Shown here: one piece after another, positions 57,795 through 64,000 of the stretch | Numbering within the stretch: position 1 is the stretch's first letter | How the letters are laid out: each line of letters starts with the position of its first letter | From: Macrostomum lignano | Lineage: Eukaryota | Assembly: GCA_002269645.1 (NCBI GenBank) | Contig: NIVC01002935.1 | Location: 1-64,000, forward strand | Length of the DNA stretch: 64,000 bases | Direction: 5' to 3' | The notes under the pieces: generated by a model | The model's input: the letters and a program-made list of their open reading frames with translations, nothing else | Told to the model about the DNA's origin: nothing | Databases searched by the model: none | Program-made: the position numbers and the translations under genes

Positions 57795-60085
57795 ACGATT
57801 AATGTCAGTTTCAGACACTCAATTGTCAGCTTCAGATGCTAAAATGTCAGTTTCAGACACTAAAATGTCAGTTCCAGACACAAATGTCAGTTTCAGACAC
57901 TCAAATGTCAGTTCCAGACACTAAAATGTCAGTTTCAGACACTTAAATGTCAGTTTAAGACACTAAAATTTCAGTTTCAGACACTCAAATGTCAGTTTAA
58001 GACACTAAAATTTCAGTTTCAGACACTCAAATGTCAGTTTAAGACACTCAAATTTCAGTTTCAGACACTCAAATGTCAGTTTAAGACACTCAAATTTCAG
58101 TTTCAGACACTCAAATGTCAGTTTAAGACACTAAAATTTCAGTTTCAGACACTCAAATGTCAGTTCCAGACACTAAAATGTCAGTTTCAGACACTCAAAT
58201 GTCAGCTTCAGATGCTAAAATGTCAGTTTCAGACGCTAAAATGTCAGTTTCAGACACTAAAATGTCAGTTCCAGACACAAATGTCAGTTTCAGACACTCA
58301 AATGTCAGTTCCAGACACTAAAATGTCAGTTTCAGACACTTAAATGTCAGTTTAAGACACTAAAATTTCAGTTTCAGACACTCAAATGTCAGTTTAAGAC
58401 ACTAAAATTTCAGTTTCAGACACTCAAATGTCAGTTTAAGACACTCAAATTTCAGTTTCAGACACTCAAATGTCAGTTTAAGACACTAAAATTTCAGTTT
58501 CAGACACTCAAATGTCAGTTTAAGACACTAAAATTTCAGTTTCAGACACTCAAATGTCAGTTTAAGACACTAAAATTTCAGTTTCAGACACTCAAATGTC
58601 AGTTTAAGACACTAAAATTTCAGTTTCAGACACTAAAATTTCAGTTTCAGACACTAAAATGTCAGTTTCAGACACTTAAATGTCAGTTTAAGACACTAAA
58701 ATTTCAGTTTCAGACACTCAAATGTCAGTTTAAGACACTAAAATTTCAGTTTCAGACACTCAAATGTCAGTTTAAGATACTAAAATTTCAGTTTCAGACA
58801 CTCAAATGTCAGTTTAAGACACTAAAATTTCAGTTTCAGACACTCAAATGTCAGTTCCAGACACTAAAATGTCAGTTTCAGACACTCAAATGTCAGTTTA
58901 AGACACTAAAATTTCAGTTTCAGACACTCAAATGTCAGTTTAAGACACTAAAATTTCAGTTTCAGACACTCAAATGTCAGTTTAAGACACTCAAATTTCA
59001 GTTTCAGACACTCAAATGTCAGTTTAAGACACTCAAATTTCAGTTTCAGACACTCAAATGTCAGTTTAAGACACTCAAATGTCAGTTTAAAACACTAAAA
59101 TTTCAGTTTCAGACACTCAAATGTCAGTTTAAAACACTAAAATTTCAGTTTCAGACACTCAAATGTCAGTTTCAGACACTAAAATTTCAGTTTCAGACAC
59201 TCAAATGTCAGTTTCAGACACTCAAATGTCAGTTTCAGACACTCAAATGTCAGTTTCAGACACTCAAATGTCAGTTTCAGACACTCAAATGTCAGTTTCA
59301 GACACTCAAATGTCAGTTTCAGACACTCAAATGTCAGTTTCAGACACTCCAATGTCAGTTTCAGACACTAAAATGTCAGTTTCAGACACTTAAATGTCAG
59401 TTTAAGACACTAAAATTTCAGTTTCAGACACTCAAATGTCAGTTTAAGACACTAAAATTTCAGTTTCAGACACTCAAATGTCAGTTTAAGATACTAAAAT
59501 TTCAGTTTCAGACACTCAAATGTCAGTTTAAGACACTAAAATTTCAGTTTCAGACACTCAAATGTCAGTTCCAGACACTAAAATGTCAGTTTCAGACACT
59601 CAAATGTCAGTTTAAGACACTAAAATTTCAGTTTCAGACACTCAAATGTCAGTTTAAGACACTAAAATTTCAGTTTCAGACACTCAAATGTCAGTTTAAG
59701 ACACTCAAATTTCAGTTTCAGACACTCAAATGTCAGTTTAAGACACTCAAATTTCAGTTTCAGACACTCAAATGTCAGTTTAAGACACTCAAATGTCAGT
59801 TTAAAACACTAAAATTTCAGTTTCAGACACTCAAATGTCAGTTTAAAACACTAAAATTTCAGTTTCAGACACTCAAATGTCAGTTTCAGACACTAAAATT
59901 TCAGTTTCAGACACTCAAATGTCAGTTTCAGACACTCAAATGTCAGTTTCAGACACTCAAATGTCAGTTTCAGACACTCAAATGTCAGTTTCAGACACTC
60001 AAATGTCAGTTTCAGACACTCAAATGTCAGTTTCAGACACTCAAATGTCAGTTTCAGACACTCCAATGTCAGTTTCAGACACTCA
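57795..60085. repeat. 21-bp satellite with 42-bp dimers and a 714-bp higher-order duplication
   Basis: AAATGTCAGTTTCAGACACTC; the rare variant GATACT recurs at 58776 and 59490 (714 = 34 x 21). Confidence 0.95.
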
Positions 60086-60390
60086 ACCGTCAGTTTTATT
60101 CCAAAGTGTAAATTCTCAGTTCCAGCTGCCTAGCGTTCAGTTGAATTTCGTATCTAAAATCACGGAACTTCTTCATCTACGTGAGCGCAGAACGGGGAAA
60201 ATCTTCACTGGGGATCTTAGAAAATCAATCAAGGACTCAGCAGTTCAAAAATCACGAAGAAGTTATGCCTCTGGCCATATCAGTCTCGATATCCGCCGAG
60301 TGACCAACTCGGAAGTCACACGGCTTAGAGAACTCGCCTCAGGGCGCGGCTGTCCCGTCTCCCGATTCCAAGGGTTCAAATCCTCTACAG

Positions 60391-60555
<165 letters not shown>

Positions 60556-60759
60556 ATCTGGTAGCAATGTGGCTATGCACGACATGGCTGCATTCCGCTG
60601 TCATTGGCTGGGGAGAGGGCAACCAATGATTTCCCGAGAGTCTCTGATGGATAAGTCGGACAGACAGGGGTGAACTGGGGCTCCGAGAGCGATTAGGGAG
60701 CGGCAAAGTCGGCCAGATTATCAAGGAGAACTCTTCGCACGGACGAAAATACTGGCGAA

Positions 60760-62770
60760 ATGTCGCTGCTGCCGTATGAGCAGGGACTTTACTCAAACTA
60801 CTCCGAGTTTCGAGCCTACAAGTGGTTGCTATGGGGCGTGAGCCCGGCTGTGCTCACCGTAGGGACGGTTGGCAACGTGCTGGCCACCTGGGTGCTGTGG
60901 CAGGGCAGCAAGCGGTCCAGCACCTTCGCCTACCTGCTTGTGCTCGGCATCGCTGACCAGGTGGCGCTGCTGTCCGGCCTGCTCCGCAGCTGGCTGACCC
61001 ACCTCACCGGCCTGAACCTCAGCCTGCACAGCGCCTGGCTCTGCGTGAGCGGCCACTTGGTGTCCACGGCGTCAACTTACCTGAGCGTGCTGCTCATTGT
61101 GGCCGTGACAGTCGAGCGGGCCGGCATGGTGCAGCAGAAGACTGTGCGACCCGCCAGCGACTCTGTGCGCAAAGCCCGCATCACCGTGGCTGCACTGGTC
61201 ACCGCCTGCCTGCTGATCAACGCGCACTGGCTGTTCACCCTCGACCTGTACGACCACACCTGGCCGGGCACCAATGAGACCATGCTCATCTGCGAGCTGC
61301 GAGAGAATTTCGTCTACCTGAGGGAGGAACTGGCTTGGATTGACTCCACTCTGTACTGCTTTGCGCCCTTCTGCATCATCTTGGTGAGCTGGCCTCGATT
61401 GGCTTGTTGACTTTTTGTTTCGGTCATAGATTGGTCATAGGTCATAAGTCATTCGTCGGTGAAGGAAGGGAAGAGGGTGTGTTTGGGACAGGGAGTGAGG
61501 TGGGTGTGTTTGGGACAGGGAGTGAGGTGGGTGTGTTTGGGACAGGGAGTGAGGTGGGTGTGTTTGGGACAGGGAGTGAGGTGGATGTGTTTGGGACAAG
61601 GGAGTGAGGTGGATGTGTTTGGGACAGGGAGTGAGGTGGGTGTGTTTGGGACAGGGGGTGAGGTGGGTGTGATTGAGGCAGGGGGTGAGGTGGGTGTGTT
61701 TGGGGCAGGGAGGGAGGTGGGTGTGTTTGGGGCAGGGTGGAAGGTGGTTGTGCTTGGGGCAAGGGAGTGAGGTGGATGTGTTTGGGACAGGGAGTGAGGT
61801 GGGTGTGTTTGGGACAGGGAGTGAGGTGGGTATATTTGGGACAGGAAGTGAGGTGGGTGTGTTTGGGACAGGGAGTGAGGTGGGTATATTTGGGACAGGG
61901 AGTGAGGTGGGTATATTTAGAACAGGGAGTGAGTAAGGGTGTGTTTGGGACAGGGAGTGAGGTGGGTGTGTTTGGGACAGGGAGTGAGGTGGCTGTATTT
62001 GAGGCATCTATATGTATGTATTTCTCACTAAGCCAAATTTTCACTCCCCCTACGACACAACTTACAATCTCCCTAACCTAAATGAACATTCTACCCCGTA
62101 AAATCATTGTACATACTCCATAATCTCACTCTCCCCCCTTGGCCAGATATGCAACTGCCGCATAATCTACGTCCTGAAGACTTCGGCCCGCTACCCAGGA
62201 CCCGCCGTGCAGGGTGGCTCAGCGGCCATGGAGCTGCGGGGACTTCGCGGCGGCGGCGGCGGCGGCGGCGGAGGGCGCAGCACCGCGGACAAGTCGAGAT
62301 CCCGCACAGCCGCCGGCCCGCCGCCCAGCAGCCAGGCGGGCTTCAACCGGAACTTCCGCCAGGTGACGGTGACCCTGCTGTCTGTGTCGGGCCTGTTCCT
62401 GACCACCGCTCTGCCCATCACGGCGTTGAAGGTGGCCACTTCGCTGGGCAATTTCGTCACGGTGGACTACACGGACCCGCTGTTCCACAGCCGCTACCTG
62501 CTGGTGCAGGCGTGCACGGAGCTGCTGATGTACACCAACCACGCCTCCAACTTCTTCCTCTACTGCCTGTGCGGCAAGAAGTTCCGTCGAGAGCTGGCGG
62601 CGAAGCTGGCGGCGCTGCTGACCGCCCTGGGCCGGCGGCCGAGGACCAACAACAACAACACGCTGATTGGCACGAATCACAGCGCCGCGAATTTGCAGTC
62701 GACTCGCGTCAATCAGCGCTGCGCAGTCCAAGTCCAGGTGAGTCACGTGACGGAGAGGGAGATCGAGTAG
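60760..62770 (+). CDS. Class A peptide GPCR, FMRFamide-receptor-like family (415 aa, 2 exons)
   Basis: join(60760..61383,62147..62770), phase 0 TTG|gtgagc..ccag|ATA. GTVGNVLA (TM1), LGIADQ (TM2), TVERA (DRY site), TM7 NHASNFFLYCLCGKKFRREL. Confidence 0.9.
61475..62000. repeat. Intronic 27-bp G/T-rich repeat
   Basis: GGGAGTGAGGTGGGTGTGTTTGGGACA. Confidence 0.93.
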
Positions 62771-63101
62771 CGGTGGAACCGCATGAAAAACCGCATCTCG
62801 AGTGATTCAGACTGGAGGTTGCGGGTTCAGTTATGTTGTCTTGGAGCACCGAGTTGACATTCGCTCAGCCCTGAGCCTTGTCAGCTAGTGTTTGTCAGGG
62901 CAGCAAGGGGGCTCTAAGCATTGGCACTGCCGCAAATCAAGGCGCTGGCAGACCTACAACAAGGGAGAAGGCAATCAGGCCGCTGACTCCTGAGCGCCCG
63001 AACTCAAACCGGGTTTGGGTTAGGATGTCATCTAAAGGTTCATCTTGATATTGGTAAAGTATTGACTTCTAGACACCTGGGAATTTCCGCGATAGGTGTA
63101 C

Positions 63102-63281
63102 TATAGCATTTTGCAGCCCGTTTGGGGCTTGAAAGCATTGATTTTAATCCAAGATTCGATTGCCAATGCAACGCAGCTTTTGTCTATGGTAGCAAGGCTG
63201 GCACAGCGGCATCCACGCTTGGATCGATCGCTTGCATCGACGCTGTGCCAACCTTGCTACCATAGACAAAAGCTGCGTTGC
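63102..63281. mobile_element. MITE-sized derivative of the Tc1-like family
   Basis: Left TIR TATAGCATTTTGCAGCCC..., plus 40-bp inverted arms (GCAACGCAGCTTTTGTCTATGGTAGCAAGG / reverse complement). Confidence 0.75.
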
Positions 63282-63559
63282 TTAGCAATTTGACGGTCAT
63301 TATTCGCATTTTTTATGCAGAAAAATACATTACTACAAACAATGCATTGTTGTCCCATGATTTTGCGGGCCGCACGGCCCACGGAATCGTCAATGTGCGC
63401 CCGCGATTTTAGTCTATGGCATTTATTATTAAGCGTAGAAAAAGATAAACTTATCGAAGTAACAGTACATGCTAGCCAGCATAACAAAAGTACATTTATA
63501 AACAATACGTCAATAGCAGAATAGTTCATCAATGCTTCATCAAAAGCCATGCAGCTTTA

Positions 63560-63833
63560 AAGATAGAAGCTGAGTCTTACACCGTCTTTCTCAAGCACTG
63601 TTTGTCTCCTTTACAAATCGATGGATACTAGCCCGAAAGCCACGAATCGTATCCGGTGCATAGGTCTTCGTTCCAAGCGCAGGATTAGCTCGCAGACTTA
63701 CGTACCAGAGGCGCAGATAGCCGTCTAAGTAGCTTTCAATGTCATCAGGCAGGTTTTTCTCTCGAAGAAATTTCTTGAACCGATTAATTTGATTCTTAGT
63801 GGTTGCTAAGGTGGATGCCGACTTTGACGGCAA
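63560..63833 (-). mobile_element. Crypton-type tyrosine recombinase, N-terminal (core-binding) fragment
   Basis: STLATTKNQINRFKKFLREK..LDGYLRLWYVSLR..KTYAPDTIRGFRASIHRF matches the Crypton N-terminal pattern. Confidence 0.65.
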
Positions 63834-64000
63834 AGCTTAGCAGAGAAGCTAGCGTACACTTACAAGCTCTTTCACTTTCAAATAAACTGTTATTTGACCA
63901 CACACCGTCTCAGAGTCTATGCTCCTTAAGATTTTTAAAGCAAAAGATTGTCTATGGCAGCTGTGTATGGCAAAGCTTGGCAGAAAAGCTAGCGTACACT

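Noticed and set aside
8282-60085. CRISPR-like arrays
   Set aside because: Repeats are head-to-tail with no unique spacers, there are no cas genes, and the context is eukaryotic.
60760-62770. The two GPCR coding exons are both 624 nt
   Set aside because: They share no sequence similarity, so this is coincidence.

Overview
This is eukaryotic (animal) genomic DNA. GC3-rich exons sit in AT-rich flanks, and most long introns are filled with a private minisatellite. The style resembles the flatworm Macrostomum lignano, but that assignment is inference only. Genes reconstructed by hand from GT-AG junctions: a 5'-incomplete endosomal Na+/H+ exchanger (SLC9A6/7/9-like), CYB561D2, RRP15, a 138-aa orphan membrane protein and a secreted PAN/apple-like protein (all +). 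ATP5PO/OSCP and a complete 5-exon UHRF1 (UBL-TTD-PHD-SRA-RING) lie on -. ZC2HC1A, a 9-exon coiled-coil gene and a 2-exon FMRFamide-receptor-like GPCR lie on +. A small secreted 6-Cys peptide gene (-) is hidden from the ORF track by a 1-nt frameshift. Mobile DNA includes mariner, Tc1/IS630-like, P-like foldback, MULE-like MITE, Crypton, Gypsy, RNase-H LINE, an R2-like zinc-finger fragment and a tRNA-type SINE. The main unexplained signal is that several minisatellites are amplified splice signals. UHRF1 intron 1 carries 30 tandem copies of its own donor, 13 of them in frame. Three last introns carry arrays of acceptor copies, each followed by an in-frame stop. One 28-bp repeat sits directly upstream of the start of two unrelated genes that are each downstream members of co-directional, operon-like clusters.
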